Positions 51,663 to 62,654 are shown, counted from the first letter of the stretch. The stretch: 64,000 bases of DNA from Nannocystales bacterium (GCA_050633305.1 JBOEGF010000001.1:1-64000), one strand, 5' to 3'. Notes: generated from the sequence alone by a model not told the origin. A program made the numbers and translations.

Positions 51663-51776
51663 GGGGTCCTCCGAGACCGTCTGATGCCTACCAGAGCGTA
51701 GACACGTCGATGGTAGTCCTTCGTGTAGCTCCGCCGCCACCCCGGGAGGCGTCCCTTTTTTGGTGCATACTGCCGT

Positions 51777-54338
51777 GTGTCCGCGTCTTCGACGGAAGCT
51801 TCGGCCCTCGAGCATCTCGAATGGAGTCGTCTCGCGCAGCGGGTATTCGATTCCCTTGCCTCGGTCGCCGCGACCCATCGCTTGGCCGAGGACGACGACG
51901 AGCAGTCGGTGATCGATGCCGCTGTGCTGCCGCGTCATCAGGACGTGGGGGCCGTACGGCGTTCGTTCGACGAGCTTCGGGGGCTTGAGGTGACCCTCGA
52001 AGCTGCCCGCGAGTGTCCCGACGTGCCGCACCGGATCGGTCCGCTGCTGTCGGTCGTGCTCGACGTCGTTCCGCTCTTGGAGCGGGCCCAGCGATCGTCT
52101 CCGCTGGATGTTGAGGAGCTGTGCATGGTCGCCGACCTGGTGGTGGCGGCGGACGACATCGCAGCCGTGTTTCGGGCCGCGACCTCTCGGCTCGACGACA
52201 CCATCGAGGCTCAGGAGGGCGACCGCGACAAGGTAGCGGCGCTGCAGGCCCGTTTGGGTCCTCTGGCCCCTCCGGGAACGCTACGGCCCGAGCTCGACCG
52301 GTCCCTCGAGCGGGGGTCCGAGCCCCGACTCTCCGACGCCGCCAGTCCCCAGTTGGGCGGGCTCCGTCGGAAGGTGCACGGCACGAGGCAGGGCTTGACG
52401 ACCGCTGCAGACCGGCTCGTCCGCAAGCCGGAGATCGCTCGCGCGCTTGCAGACTCCTACTGGACCGACCGCGAGGGGCGCGTGGTCCTGCCGGTCCGCA
52501 CGGATGCGTTCTCCCGGGCCGGGTCCCACGGGACCGTGTCCGGGATCATCCACGGTTCGTCGAAGACCGGGGCGACGCTCTTCGTCGAGCCTCAAGCGCT
52601 CGTCGAAGCGGGAAATGCGTGGCGTGAAGCCACCGTGGCCGTCCGGGCGGAAGAACGACGCATTCTCGCAGAGCTCTCCGGTCGAGTGGGGGAGGCCTCT
52701 GAGGCCCTGGCGGCTAGCCTGGAACAGCTGGTTTGGCTCGACCAACTCCACGCGCGACTGGAGGTCTCGCGGATCCTTGGCGGGCTCGAGCCGGACGTGT
52801 TCGAGCCTGAGGCGGGTCGACGGCTCGAGGTCGAGGCCGCCCGACACCCCGTGATGAGTCTGGCGGAGTTGGATGTCGTTCCCAACGACCTGCACGTCGA
52901 CCACGGCGGTGCGCTGATCATCTCGGGACCCAATGCGGGCGGGAAGACGGTGGCGCTCAAGACGTTGGGGCTGTGCGTGCTGATGGCGCAGGCTGGGCTC
53001 CGCATTCCAACGTCGTCGCCCGCGTCGGTCCCGCTGTTTCGGAATGTGGTCACGGACGTGGGAGATGACCAGTCGATCGTCGGGGGTCTGTCGACGTTCT
53101 CGGCACACATGGGACACGTCCGTGATGCCCTCGAGCATGCGGCAGCAGACGGGCCAGGGACCCTGGTCCTGCTCGACGAAGTGGCAGTCGGGACCGACCC
53201 CGAGCAAGGGGCCGCGCTCGCGGAAGCCCTGCTGCGGGAACTGGTCGAGCGTGGGGCGACCTTGGTGATCACGACGCACTACGAACGTCTCAAGCTGCTC
53301 GCCTCCGAGGACTCCACCCGTTTCTCGAATGCGGCTGTCGGGTTCGACTTCGACGCGATGCGTCCGACGTTCACGGTTCGCATGGGGGCGCCCGGGGCGA
53401 GTTCGGCGCTGACGGTCGCTCGGCGGCTTGGCCTGCCCGACGTGGTGCTGGATCGTGCGCGCGCGATGCTCGACGACAGCCGGCTCCAAGTCGACGCTCT
53501 GTTGCGCGACGTCGAAGCCCACCGGGAACGGCTTGCTTCGGAGCTTCGCGAGGTGGGACGGGAACGACGAGCCCTCGATGCGCAGCGGGCCAGCCTCGAG
53601 CAACGGGAACGCCGCGAAGAGGAGACCGCGGCCAGCAAACGTGCCAAGGCCCACGCCGCTGCGACCTCAGAGCTACGCAGTCTGGAGAACGAGATCAAGC
53701 GTCGCCGAAAGGCGTTGCGGAAGTCGGAGACCAGCCGGGACAAAGGTGGGGTCTCTGATGGGGAGACGCGGGAGTTCGCACGCGACGCCAAGGAGTCCGT
53801 TCGACGCGGAAAGCTCCCCGTTGAAGCTCCCAAGGCCGAGGCCGTGGCGTCGATCTCGGTCGGGGACCGAGTTTTCGTTGCCGCGTTGGGGCTGGAGGGA
53901 CAGGTGCTCGACGTCAAAGGCGACAAGGTTCGGGTTCAACTGCCGCTGGCCAAGGTGACGGTTCGCCGAGACGAGTTGGGCCGGGGCACGAAGAAGGCGA
54001 AGAGCAAGCCGAAGCCGGCCAAGGTGTCGCTGCCACGCAGCAGCGGCGTCGCCAAGTACTTTGGGACCGATGCCATGAGGGTTGAAGCGCGGCACGACAA
54101 CGTGATCGACGTGCGCGGCAACCGAGCGGATGAAGCGGTCGTCATGCTGGAGGTGTTCTGCGACCGCGCCATCGCCGAGGACGTCGACGTGGTGATCGTG
54201 AGGCACGGGTATGGGACGGGAGCGCTGCGAAAAGCGGTGCGGGAGCACTTGGCCTACCTGCCCCACATCAAGCAGCACCGCAGTGGCCTGCGCGACGAAG
54301 GGGGCGAGGCTGTGACCGTGGTATGGATCAATCCGTGA
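51777..54338 (+). CDS. mutS2: Endonuclease MutS2
   Basis: LEHLEW, GATLFVEP, GPNAGGKT, LSTFSAH, LLDE..GTDP, TTHY, KOW-like segment, Smr domain (DVRG..HGYGTGAL). Confidence 0.93.
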   Translation: MSASSTEASALEHLEWSRLAQRVFDSLASVAATHRLAEDDDEQSVIDAAVLPRHQDVGAVRRSFDELRGLEVTLEAARECPDVPHRIGPLLSVVLDVVPLLERAQRSSPLDVEELCMVADLVVAADDIAAVFRAATSRLDDTIEAQEGDRDKVAALQARLGPLAPPGTLRPELDRSLERGSEPRLSDAASPQLGGLRRKVHGTRQGLTTAADRLVRKPEIARALADSYWTDREGRVVLPVRTDAFSRAGSHGTVSGIIHGSSKTGATLFVEPQALVEAGNAWREATVAVRAEERRILAELSGRVGEASEALAASLEQLVWLDQLHARLEVSRILGGLEPDVFEPEAGRRLEVEAARHPVMSLAELDVVPNDLHVDHGGALIISGPNAGGKTVALKTLGLCVLMAQAGLRIPTSSPASVPLFRNVVTDVGDDQSIVGGLSTFSAHMGHVRDALEHAAADGPGTLVLLDEVAVGTDPEQGAALAEALLRELVERGATLVITTHYERLKLLASEDSTRFSNAAVGFDFDAMRPTFTVRMGAPGASSALTVARRLGLPDVVLDRARAMLDDSRLQVDALLRDVEAHRERLASELREVGRERRALDAQRASLEQRERREEETAASKRAKAHAAATSELRSLENEIKRRRKALRKSETSRDKGGVSDGETREFARDAKESVRRGKLPVEAPKAEAVASISVGDRVFVAALGLEGQVLDVKGDKVRVQLPLAKVTVRRDELGRGTKKAKSKPKPAKVSLPRSSGVAKYFGTDAMRVEARHDNVIDVRGNRADEAVVMLEVFCDRAIAEDVDVVIVRHGYGTGALRKAVREHLAYLPHIKQHRSGLRDEGGEAVTVVWINP

Positions 54339-57076
54339 GTCGTCGTCGCTCCGCGGTCTTTACGTTGGGGTGGGTCGCGTTGGGGTGGGTCGCTTTGGTC
54401 GGGTCTGCAGCGCAGGCCAACCCAAGCGAAGGCGCGACACGCTCGATCTCACGAGACGCGGAGCGGCCGTACACGGCGGTTGCGGGGGAAGGAGACGGTT
54501 CGTCCACCGTCGTAAACCCGGCGAACCTCGGCTACCTCAACGCGGTCAACGGCGTGTTGGATCTTGGCTGGACCGTTCAGAACGCCCGCCGGCGCGGCAG
54601 CGGTGTGGGGGCGTTCGTGGGCATTCCGCTGCCCTCCGCACGCCGGTCCCGCCGACTCACCTTGCGAGGTCCGCTGTTCGCGCTCGGGTTCGGGTACCAG
54701 TACCTCTCGCCGCTGCAGCCAGACGCACAAGTCAGCGAGGCCGAGTTTCCGAGCCAGTCCGACAACCCCTACAGCAAGGTCACCGTCGCGGCGTCTTTGC
54801 CGATGATGCGCTGGGCCCCGGGTCTTTCGATCGGTCTGGGGTATTCGCGCCTCGTTTCGGTGGGGAACTTTCACGCGAACGCGAACTTCCTCGACCTTGG
54901 AATCTCGTATCACGCGTCTCGTTTTTTGGCGCTCGGGTTGGTCGCGCACACGGTCAACGTTCCGCGTACCGGGCCAGAGACGGCGTTCGAGATCGATGTT
55001 GTCGAAGACGTCGATGGTACGGACCAGCCCCGGGCCTCTGTTTCGAGCAATCGCTACGCGCAGCCGCTTGTTCTCGAGCCCGAGGTCGCAGTGCGCCCGT
55101 TGGGGACCCCCCAGGTGGAGGTCGCTGGCGCCGTTCGATGGTCGCCCGTCCTGCCCGACGACGGTCCCGCGCGTTTCAAGACCTTTGCGGCCGAGCCAAG
55201 GGTTCGCGCGTCGATACAGTTCGGGCCCGTCAAGGTCTTCGCGCAGGCCGATGTGATGCGATATCTGCCGCCAACGAACGACGCCGTCGATCCGCGGGCG
55301 GCCGCTCGCATCACGGCGGGCCTCGAGTTCGTCGACGGCAATTTCGGAGTTGCCGCTGGGCTGCTGACCTCGGCCTCGGGGCGCCAGCCTTTCTCCGTCG
55401 ATGGTGGTGTGGCGCGCATCCGGCTCTCGGCGGAGCGATACGACGGCCTCGACGCGGCGCCCAGACGGGTGACGCGGCTGCAGCTGAGTCGTTACCGCGG
55501 AGAGCGTGGGCTGTGGGCGGTCGTGCAGGAACTGCAGCGAGCAGGCGAGCAGGGGGGCATGGTGCTGGTGGAGACGCGCGGTGCCAGATTCGGGTGGGCC
55601 CAGGCCGAGGAGTTGCGGGAAGCGATGCGACGGGCCCGCCTGAACGGCGCGCGCGTTCTGGCGTATGTCGAAGGCGGGGGGCTGCGAAGCTATTTCATGG
55701 CGTCGGCCGCTGAGACGATCATCGCGCACCCCAACACCGACCTGTCCATCGTGGGCATGAGGGTGGAGACGTTCTTCTTCGCGGATCTGTTGGCGAAACT
55801 GGGCGCGAAAGCCGAGTTCGTTCGCATCGCCGAATACAAGTCTGTACCCGAAACGTACGAGCGCACCGGACCGACGCCGCCGAGCGATCGGCAGCGCCGC
55901 CTGATGCACACAGACGTGTGGAACCACGTGCTCCGGGTCATCGCCCAGGACCGCGGTCAGGACCCCCGGTCGGTCAAGCGCTGGATCGACGACGCGCCGC
56001 TTCGGCCCGAACGGGCGCAGCGCGATGGCGTGGTCGATCGACTGGCGTTCCCCGACGAACTCGACAGCACACTGGAGAACCTGTTGGGGCGCAGGGTGCG
56101 AATCGCTGCACCACCGCAGCAGTCGTTCCACAAGCACGACTATGGGCCTCGCGCGCGGGTCGCCGTGCTGGTCATCGAAGGTGACATCTCGGACTCGAAG
56201 AGCTTCGAGGTGCCCTATCTCAAGCGGAAGGTCGCGGGCTCGATCACGTTGACGAAAGAGATCGAGCGGCTGCGGGAGGACAAGAACGTCAAGGCCGTGG
56301 TCGTCCGGTGCAACACGCCCGGCGGATCGGTCAAGGCGTCCGATGACATCGCCCGCGAGCTCGACCTGACCGACGCGGTGAAGCCGGTCATCATCTCGAT
56401 GAGCGACGCGTGTGCCAGCGGCGGCTACTACATCGCAACCGGCGGCCGCTTCATCTTTGCGGATGCCACGACCAAGACCGGAAGCATCGGCATCTTCTAT
56501 CCCAAACTCGATGTCTCGGGGACGCTCGACAAGCTTGGAATCGAGGTCGATCGCGTCAACTACGGCCGGCATGCCGCGATGCGATCCTGGCTGAAGCCGT
56601 ACACCGACGAGGAGCGCGGGGCGGTCTTGCAGTCGCTGCAGGACGGCTACGCGTTGTTCACCCGCCGGGTGGGGAAGGCACGACAGATGTCGCTGTCGCG
56701 GGTCAATGACGTCGCACGCGGCCGGGTGTGGTCGGGTGTCCGTGCCCAGCGGGTCGGGCTGGTCGACCGCTACGGCGGGTTGACCGACGCAATCGACCGG
56801 GCGCTGGCCATCACGTCCCTCGACCCCGCGACCGTCGACGTGGCGTTTTACCCGGAGGAACCAAACAGCGTCGAGAACCTGCGGCGCGTGTTCTCGTTCG
56901 AGCTTCCCCTGATACGCTCTGGAGGGACTGCGTTCTCCGAGATGGCGGAGTCGGGCGGATTTGGGTTGTCGGGCACGTTTGTGTCGGCGCTGCGTCGCCT
57001 GCCCGTTGGACTGTGGCTCGCGGATGGTCCAGCCCCCTTGGCGATCGACGACTCCATCATGGTCATCGACGACTGA
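54335..57076 (+). CDS. sppA: Signal peptide peptidase SppA (S49) with long N-terminal beta-rich extension
   Basis: EYKS (Lys), NTPGGS, CASGGYY (Ser), TGSIG, ARGRVWSG, GLVDRYGG; signal peptide plus about 370 aa extra N-terminal region. Confidence 0.88.
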   Translation: MSRRRSAVFTLGWVALGWVALVGSAAQANPSEGATRSISRDAERPYTAVAGEGDGSSTVVNPANLGYLNAVNGVLDLGWTVQNARRRGSGVGAFVGIPLPSARRSRRLTLRGPLFALGFGYQYLSPLQPDAQVSEAEFPSQSDNPYSKVTVAASLPMMRWAPGLSIGLGYSRLVSVGNFHANANFLDLGISYHASRFLALGLVAHTVNVPRTGPETAFEIDVVEDVDGTDQPRASVSSNRYAQPLVLEPEVAVRPLGTPQVEVAGAVRWSPVLPDDGPARFKTFAAEPRVRASIQFGPVKVFAQADVMRYLPPTNDAVDPRAAARITAGLEFVDGNFGVAAGLLTSASGRQPFSVDGGVARIRLSAERYDGLDAAPRRVTRLQLSRYRGERGLWAVVQELQRAGEQGGMVLVETRGARFGWAQAEELREAMRRARLNGARVLAYVEGGGLRSYFMASAAETIIAHPNTDLSIVGMRVETFFFADLLAKLGAKAEFVRIAEYKSVPETYERTGPTPPSDRQRRLMHTDVWNHVLRVIAQDRGQDPRSVKRWIDDAPLRPERAQRDGVVDRLAFPDELDSTLENLLGRRVRIAAPPQQSFHKHDYGPRARVAVLVIEGDISDSKSFEVPYLKRKVAGSITLTKEIERLREDKNVKAVVVRCNTPGGSVKASDDIARELDLTDAVKPVIISMSDACASGGYYIATGGRFIFADATTKTGSIGIFYPKLDVSGTLDKLGIEVDRVNYGRHAAMRSWLKPYTDEERGAVLQSLQDGYALFTRRVGKARQMSLSRVNDVARGRVWSGVRAQRVGLVDRYGGLTDAIDRALAITSLDPATVDVAFYPEEPNSVENLRRVFSFELPLIRSGGTAFSEMAESGGFGLSGTFVSALRRLPVGLWLADGPAPLAIDDSIMVIDD

Positions 57077-57089
57077 GCAGCGGGGCGAC

Positions 57090-59999
57090 TCAACTGTCGC
57101 CGAGGAGTTGCCGGATACGCAGTGCGTGTTCGGTCGGGCTCTCGCGTAGCAGATTCCCGAGCGTGGCGGAGTCGGAGGGGTCGGGCCGCGGCTGTGACTG
57201 GACGATGCGGGCGAGGGCCTCCGCTCGTACGGAGGCGGGGAACTCGTCGTTGTCGGCGACCGAACGCCAGGTGGCAGTCGCTGCCTCCGGATCGTCCAGG
57301 AACGCGGCAGCCGAGAGCGCGAGTCGAGTCCGGGCGACCCACTTGGGAGAGGCCGCGGCTTCGAAGGAGGCCTTGGCTCGTTGGAACTGAAGCTTGGCCG
57401 CCTCGCGCTCGCCCCGGTCCAGCGCCAGCCAGCCGAGCGAGACACGGGCCCGGCCACGCCGGCTGTCGTCGGACGCCTTTGTGCCCGAAGACGCCGCCAG
57501 TGCGGTCTCGAACTGGGTCGCCGCGTGCTCGGCTTGTCCTTGCAGGGCGAGCAGCGTTCCCAGATTGAGCGCAGCTTCAGCGACGTCACGTGACACCCGG
57601 TGGGCATCTCCGTCGGCCGGGACCGCGCCGCGGATTCGAAGGGTCTCGCGGGCGTGGGCCTCGGCCTCCTTCAGTTTGCCTTGGGCGAGCGCCGTCGCTC
57701 GCATGCTGCCGTACACATCTCCGACGTCGGGGTGGTCGGGACCCAGACGCGCGCGCCAGTTCTCGAGCACGATGACGTACAAGGCTTCCGCTTCCTCGTA
57801 GCGGTCTTGTGCGCGGTACAGGCCCCCGAGGTTGTGGAGGACGTGCGCGGTGGTTGGATTGTCCGGGCCGAAGGCGTTTTCGAAGATCGAGCGAGAGCGA
57901 AGCAACGCGCGCTCCGCCTCGTGGAGCTTGCCCTGGTTCTGCAGGACGCCTGCGAGGTTCGCCAATCCATAGCCGATGCTCTGATGCGTGGGGGGAACGA
58001 GTGACTCCCGCAATGCGAGCGAGCGCCGATGCAATGCGACGGATTCGTCGTACCTGCCCTTGTCCTCGGTGAGGACTGCGAGGGTATCGAGCCGCCGGGC
58101 TTCGTCGAGCGTGTTGGTTTTGCCGAGGCGCTCGATCAAGATGCCGGCGAACTCTGACCACCGAATCCCGGCGTCCGTCCTGCCTTGCTGCACGCCTTCA
58201 GCAAACGCCAGGGCCCCTGCGGCGTGGGCCGCGAGGTCGTCGTCCCCACACAGCGAGGCCTCCCGAAACGAGGCCGCCCAGTGACCCACCGCGGCTTCGT
58301 ACCGACCGAGCTTCTCCTCGAAAACAGCGACGCGATACAGCGCCACGGCGATGACCGGTTGGTGCTCGGTGCCCTGCGCTGCTTCGAGCGACGCTTCGCT
58401 GCGCCGCAGGCCCTCCTCGTAGTGGCCGAGGTGCTCATGCACGAGGGTCTGCGAGAGCTCTCGGTCGATCTGTCGGACAGCGGTTCGAGCCTCGGGGTCC
58501 TCTGGCAGCGGTGGCATCCGCTTGAGGCGGGGGAGGTCGCTGCAGCGTTCGAGGTCCATCAGACCCTCCGCCGTGTTGCGTGACCGAGTGATGGTGATGT
58601 CGTCGGCGTCGCTGAACGTGTCGATGAGTGCGCCCAGGGTGTCGAGGCCGTCGTCGAGGCAGTCGAGCCTTCGCTCGAGCATCGGAGGGAGGGGCTCCTC
58701 GAGGGCGGCACGGCAGACCTCGCCACGCTCTTGAGACCATGATGCCGCAAAGGTGTCGAACACCGACTCCACGCTGGCCTCGATACCCATCGCATCGTCG
58801 ATCGTGGTCCGGCGATAGGCCGCTCGAAGTCTGGCGCGGGCATCGGGCGTCCAGACCTGCTCGACCTGGCTCGCATCGTGGTCGCAGGTGGCCTCCGCCG
58901 CGAGCCGCTCTTGCGACTGCTGCCACTGGGCGCCTGCAGTGAGACTCCCCGCGACGGCGAGCGTCGCGACCCCGATCCACCACCGTCGCCTGACTCGCTG
59001 TGGGTCTCCGGCCTTGAGAGCATCCGCGAGCGCTCGCATGCTCGGCCAGCGAGCGTGAGGATCGGGCGAGAGCCCTCGCTCGACAATCCGGCGAAGCCAG
59101 GTGGGGACGGGTCGCCCGGAGGGGGGGGTGGGGGGCTCGCGAATCTGGCCCTCGGTCACCGCGACCACCAGCGAGACCCAGCTTCCGCCGGAGAAGGGGC
59201 GCTCCCCGTAAAGCGTCTCCCACAGAGTGACGCAGAAGGCGAACTGGTCGCTTTGCGCCGTGGCGTCATCGCCATTGAGCTGCTCGCAGGCCATGTATGC
59301 CGGGGTGCCCAGTCGCGCGCCGGTCTGGGTGAGCTGCAGTCGTTCGACGGCGATGTCGGATTCGACGAGCTGCTGTTCTTTTCTGCGGAGTGACTCGGGC
59401 GCGTCTTGGTCGGGGCGGGCGAGTCCGAAGTCCGTGACCTTCGGCCGATCGGCTCCGTCGATCAGGATGTTGTCCGGCTTGACGTCGCGGTGGACCAGCG
59501 AGGCGTCGTGAACCGCGATGAGCCCCGACGCGATCTCGACAAACATCGCCGTGACCTCGGCCCAGGACCGTACTTGGGCCTTCCGCCACTGCCCGAGCGT
59601 GGTGCCCTCGACGAGTTCCATCGAGACATAGACCTCTTCCTCGATGGTACCCACGTCGTAGACGGCGACGACGTTGGGGTGGGAGACGCGGGCCAGCGCT
59701 CGCCCTTCGGAGACCAACCGGAGCCGAGCGACGCTGGCGGTCTCGTCCTGTCCCGCCGACCGCAGGACCTTGAGCGCGACTTTGCGGTCGAGCTTCGGGT
59801 CATACGCGGCATACACCACGCCCATGCCGCCCAGGCCAAGCTGGTCGAGCACGATGTAGTGCGAGACTCGACTCCCCGGGGCCCGGACGACGTCGCGTGG
59901 CCGTCCGGTGGTGGCCGCCCAGTTGTCGGACCGGGTCGCAGGGGTCAGCGATGCCATCTCCGAATCGGAGCGGTGGTCGCTGTCCGGTGACCCTGCCAT
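57090..59999 (-). CDS. Ser/Thr protein kinase with TM and TPR repeats
   Basis: GLGGMGVVY, VALK, HRDVKPDN, DFG, GTPAYM, DQFAFC; TM; FGPDNP and LGPDHPDV TPR repeats. Confidence 0.93.
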   Translation of the reverse strand: MAGSPDSDHRSDSEMASLTPATRSDNWAATTGRPRDVVRAPGSRVSHYIVLDQLGLGGMGVVYAAYDPKLDRKVALKVLRSAGQDETASVARLRLVSEGRALARVSHPNVVAVYDVGTIEEEVYVSMELVEGTTLGQWRKAQVRSWAEVTAMFVEIASGLIAVHDASLVHRDVKPDNILIDGADRPKVTDFGLARPDQDAPESLRRKEQQLVESDIAVERLQLTQTGARLGTPAYMACEQLNGDDATAQSDQFAFCVTLWETLYGERPFSGGSWVSLVVAVTEGQIREPPTPPSGRPVPTWLRRIVERGLSPDPHARWPSMRALADALKAGDPQRVRRRWWIGVATLAVAGSLTAGAQWQQSQERLAAEATCDHDASQVEQVWTPDARARLRAAYRRTTIDDAMGIEASVESVFDTFAASWSQERGEVCRAALEEPLPPMLERRLDCLDDGLDTLGALIDTFSDADDITITRSRNTAEGLMDLERCSDLPRLKRMPPLPEDPEARTAVRQIDRELSQTLVHEHLGHYEEGLRRSEASLEAAQGTEHQPVIAVALYRVAVFEEKLGRYEAAVGHWAASFREASLCGDDDLAAHAAGALAFAEGVQQGRTDAGIRWSEFAGILIERLGKTNTLDEARRLDTLAVLTEDKGRYDESVALHRRSLALRESLVPPTHQSIGYGLANLAGVLQNQGKLHEAERALLRSRSIFENAFGPDNPTTAHVLHNLGGLYRAQDRYEEAEALYVIVLENWRARLGPDHPDVGDVYGSMRATALAQGKLKEAEAHARETLRIRGAVPADGDAHRVSRDVAEAALNLGTLLALQGQAEHAATQFETALAASSGTKASDDSRRGRARVSLGWLALDRGEREAAKLQFQRAKASFEAAASPKWVARTRLALSAAAFLDDPEAATATWRSVADNDEFPASVRAEALARIVQSQPRPDPSDSATLGNLLRESPTEHALRIRQLLGDS

Positions 60000-60093
60000 C
60001 CTATGAGCATAGCAAAGCCCCGCGCATCCATCGGACGGGCGGGGCCGGTTCGTGTGCGACCTGAAATCGCGCTGAGACCGTAGGCCGGTCGGC

Positions 60094-60672
60094 CTACTTG
60101 AAGTTGGCCGCTGCGAAGTCCCAGTTCACGAGGCTGTCGAGGTAAGCCGCGATGAACTTGGGGCGCGCATTTCGGTAGTCGACGTAGTAGGCGTGCTCCC
60201 ACACGTCGAGGGTCAAGATCGGGGTCTTGCCGTCGGTCATGGGGTTGCCGGCGTTGGTGGTCGAGGTGACGGAGAGCTTGCCGCCGTCGTTGACGAGCCA
60301 AGCCCAGCCGGAGCCGAACTGGCCAGCTGCGGTTTTGGCGAACGCTTCTTTGAACGCGTCGAAGCTGCCGAAGTCGCGGTTGATCGCGTCGGCGAGGTCG
60401 CCGCTGGGAGCGCCGCCTCCGTTGGGCTTCATCGAGTTCCAGAAGAAGGTGTGGTTCCAGACCTGTGCGGCCTGGTTGAACAGTCCGCCCTCGGTGGACT
60501 TGATCAGCTCTTCGAGGCTCTTGTTCGCCTCGGGCTTGCCGTCGGTCAGAGCGTTGAGCTTGTTGACGTAGGCCTGGTGGTGCTTGCCGTGGTGGTAGTC
60601 GAACGTCTCGGCGCTGATGTGCGGTGCGAGAGCGTCTTTGGCGTAGGGGAGATTGGGCAGTTCGAAGCTCAC
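60094..60672 (-). CDS. sodB: Superoxide dismutase, Fe-type
   Basis: GTG start after AAGGAG; HHGKHH, FNQAAQVWNH, FGSGWAW, DVWEHAYY. Confidence 0.93.
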   Translation of the reverse strand: MSFELPNLPYAKDALAPHISAETFDYHHGKHHQAYVNKLNALTDGKPEANKSLEELIKSTEGGLFNQAAQVWNHTFFWNSMKPNGGGAPSGDLADAINRDFGSFDAFKEAFAKTAAGQFGSGWAWLVNDGGKLSVTSTTNAGNPMTDGKTPILTLDVWEHAYYVDYRNARPKFIAAYLDSLVNWDFAAANFK

Positions 60673-60919
60673 GTTTGACTCCTTGCGGTCCCGCGTGCAG
60701 CGGGGAGGCCCGGACCATGTCATGCGCGTTCGAGGACTGTCAAACCCCGAATATAACGACGTTTTTTCGGTGCTCCTCAACTCGGCGGCCCCAACGCTGC
60801 AACGGCGTGCGCGGCTCGTGCCGCGCGATGCCGAGCCCAGCGTGCTATCAAGCTCTTTGTACGAAGGCGTGGACTGAGATTGACTCGGCCGCGACCTCCC
60901 GGACAAGCGAGACAAACAG

Positions 60920-61849
60920 ATGACTCAAGAGACGGCTTCGGCCCCGTACGGACAGCCACGCCCCGCAACCCCACCTGCTCCAGATGCTTCCAATGGTGCT
61001 CCGGCCACCCCGGCACGGAAGCCGATGACTGTGCCCAAGGTCCGGGGGCGCAAAGGCAAGGAGCCGTTGGTCATGGTCACGGCATACGACGCTACGTTCG
61101 CGCGAATGCTCGATGAAGGCGGCGCGGATCTGCTGCTCGTGGGCGACTCCTTGGGCATGGTTGTCCAGGGGAATGACGACACGCTGTCGGTGACGGTCGA
61201 CGACATCGTCTATCACTGCCGGGCGGTCGCTCGAGGCACCCACTACGCGCACATCGTCGGGGACATGCCGTTCCTGAGCTACAACGTCACCCCTGAGGAG
61301 GCTGTCCGCAACGCGGGACGGATCCTTGCTGAAGGCCGAGCACATTCGGTCAAGCTCGAGGGAGGCCGGGCAGTGGTCCCGGTCATCGAGCGACTCGTGG
61401 CGGCCGGTATCCCGGTCATGGCCCACGTCGGTCTCACCCCACAGTCGGTCCACGCGATGGGCGGCTTCCGGGTTCAAGGGCGCGATGAGGAGAGTGCCGA
61501 GCGGATTCTGGACGAGGCGAAAGCTGTCGCTGAGGCAGGTGCGTACGCACTGGTGCTCGAGGGAATCCCGGCGGAACTTGCCAGCCGGATCACCGCGGCG
61601 ATCGACATCCCGACGATCGGGATCGGGGCGGGCGTCGGCTGCGACGGCCAGGTACTGGTCTGCTACGACATGCTGGGGCTCACCCCGGACCTGCGCCCCA
61701 AGTTCGTTCGTCGGTTCGACGAACTGTTCGACCGTGGCAAGGCCGCGATGGAGCAGTACGCCTCCGCGGTCCGCAGCGGGGAGTTCCCCGGGCCCGAGCA
61801 CACATTTGGCCCCGCCAAAGGTCCCCGCGCGGTCGCGTCGGGTTCCTGA
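60920..61849 (+). CDS. panB: 3-methyl-2-oxobutanoate hydroxymethyltransferase
   Basis: TAYDA, LVGDSLG, DMPF, VKLEG, HVGLTPQ, TIGIGAG, DGQVLV. Confidence 0.96.
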   Translation: MTQETASAPYGQPRPATPPAPDASNGAPATPARKPMTVPKVRGRKGKEPLVMVTAYDATFARMLDEGGADLLLVGDSLGMVVQGNDDTLSVTVDDIVYHCRAVARGTHYAHIVGDMPFLSYNVTPEEAVRNAGRILAEGRAHSVKLEGGRAVVPVIERLVAAGIPVMAHVGLTPQSVHAMGGFRVQGRDEESAERILDEAKAVAEAGAYALVLEGIPAELASRITAAIDIPTIGIGAGVGCDGQVLVCYDMLGLTPDLRPKFVRRFDELFDRGKAAMEQYASAVRSGEFPGPEHTFGPAKGPRAVASGS

Positions 61850-61940
61850 GGACTGGCGCTCCGCGGTCCACATGCCCCTGAGGTTGCCTTGGGGGTCGGC
61901 CCCTGGAGGCGGCCGCCATGGGGCCTGGTAAGCTGGCGGT

Positions 61941-62654
61941 ATGCCGCTTTCCCCGGAACAAGAATGGACGCTGCTCGCGTGCGGTCTGATGGCGCACGCG
62001 GACGGCATCCTGGACGCCGAGGAGTGGGACCAGGTTCTGTGGATGCTGGATGAGCGTATCGATGCCGAGGACGCCAAGGCCTGGGTCGCTCGCCTCCGGG
62101 ATGCCGATGCGCTACGCAGTCATGCGAAGCTCACCCCGGTCCCACCGCCGTTCCTGACCGAAGACATCTTGTCGAAGGCTTGGCGCATGGCGTTGACCGA
62201 CGGTCGGGGGAGCGACCGGGAGGTGGTCGTACACGACGAGCTCGTCGGGATGCTGGGTGCGGATGCCACCGAGACCGCCCAGTTGCGACAGACCTGGACC
62301 GAGAAGGCAGCGGCGCGTGCCGAACTCATCGCTGGGTTTGCCGCGATCATCGCTCGGGCAGATGGGGACGTCACGCAAGCCGAGCGAACCAGCTTCGAGA
62401 CGCTGTTGGCCCGACTTCCCCTCGCCGAAGGGACTCGGGGCGCGATGACCAACCTGCTCGATGAACCGCCGGAGATGATGATGTTGGTCGGGGGCTTTGC
62501 TGCGCTCCCGCCCGAGGAGCGCCGGATCGCCATGCTCGACCTGGTGCCGGTGGTCAAGGCGGATGACCACGACGAGGGGCCCAAGGCGTTTGTCGAGCTA
62601 GCCGAAGCCATCGCGGTCGACCCGGCCGAAGCTCAGCGCATGCTCGAGCGATGA
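61941..62654 (+). CDS. Tandem TerB-like domain protein
   Basis: Two halves: MAHADGILDAEE..ALTDG..E and IARADGDVTQAE..VKADD..E. Confidence 0.7.
   Translation: MPLSPEQEWTLLACGLMAHADGILDAEEWDQVLWMLDERIDAEDAKAWVARLRDADALRSHAKLTPVPPPFLTEDILSKAWRMALTDGRGSDREVVVHDELVGMLGADATETAQLRQTWTEKAAARAELIAGFAAIIARADGDVTQAERTSFETLLARLPLAEGTRGAMTNLLDEPPEMMMLVGGFAALPPEERRIAMLDLVPVVKADDHDEGPKAFVELAEAIAVDPAEAQRMLER

Noticed and set aside
51680..51722. Fluoride-riboswitch-like fragments (CTGATGCCTAC, GATGGTAGTCC)
   Set aside because: Wrong order, and on the wrong strand relative to the antiporter gene.
54449..57607. 1052-aa minus-strand ORF and similar long ORFs (16717-18894, 39286-40803, 46988-48751, 694-2172)
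   Set aside because: Antisense shadow frames of well-supported genes, expected at high GC; no recognisable motifs.
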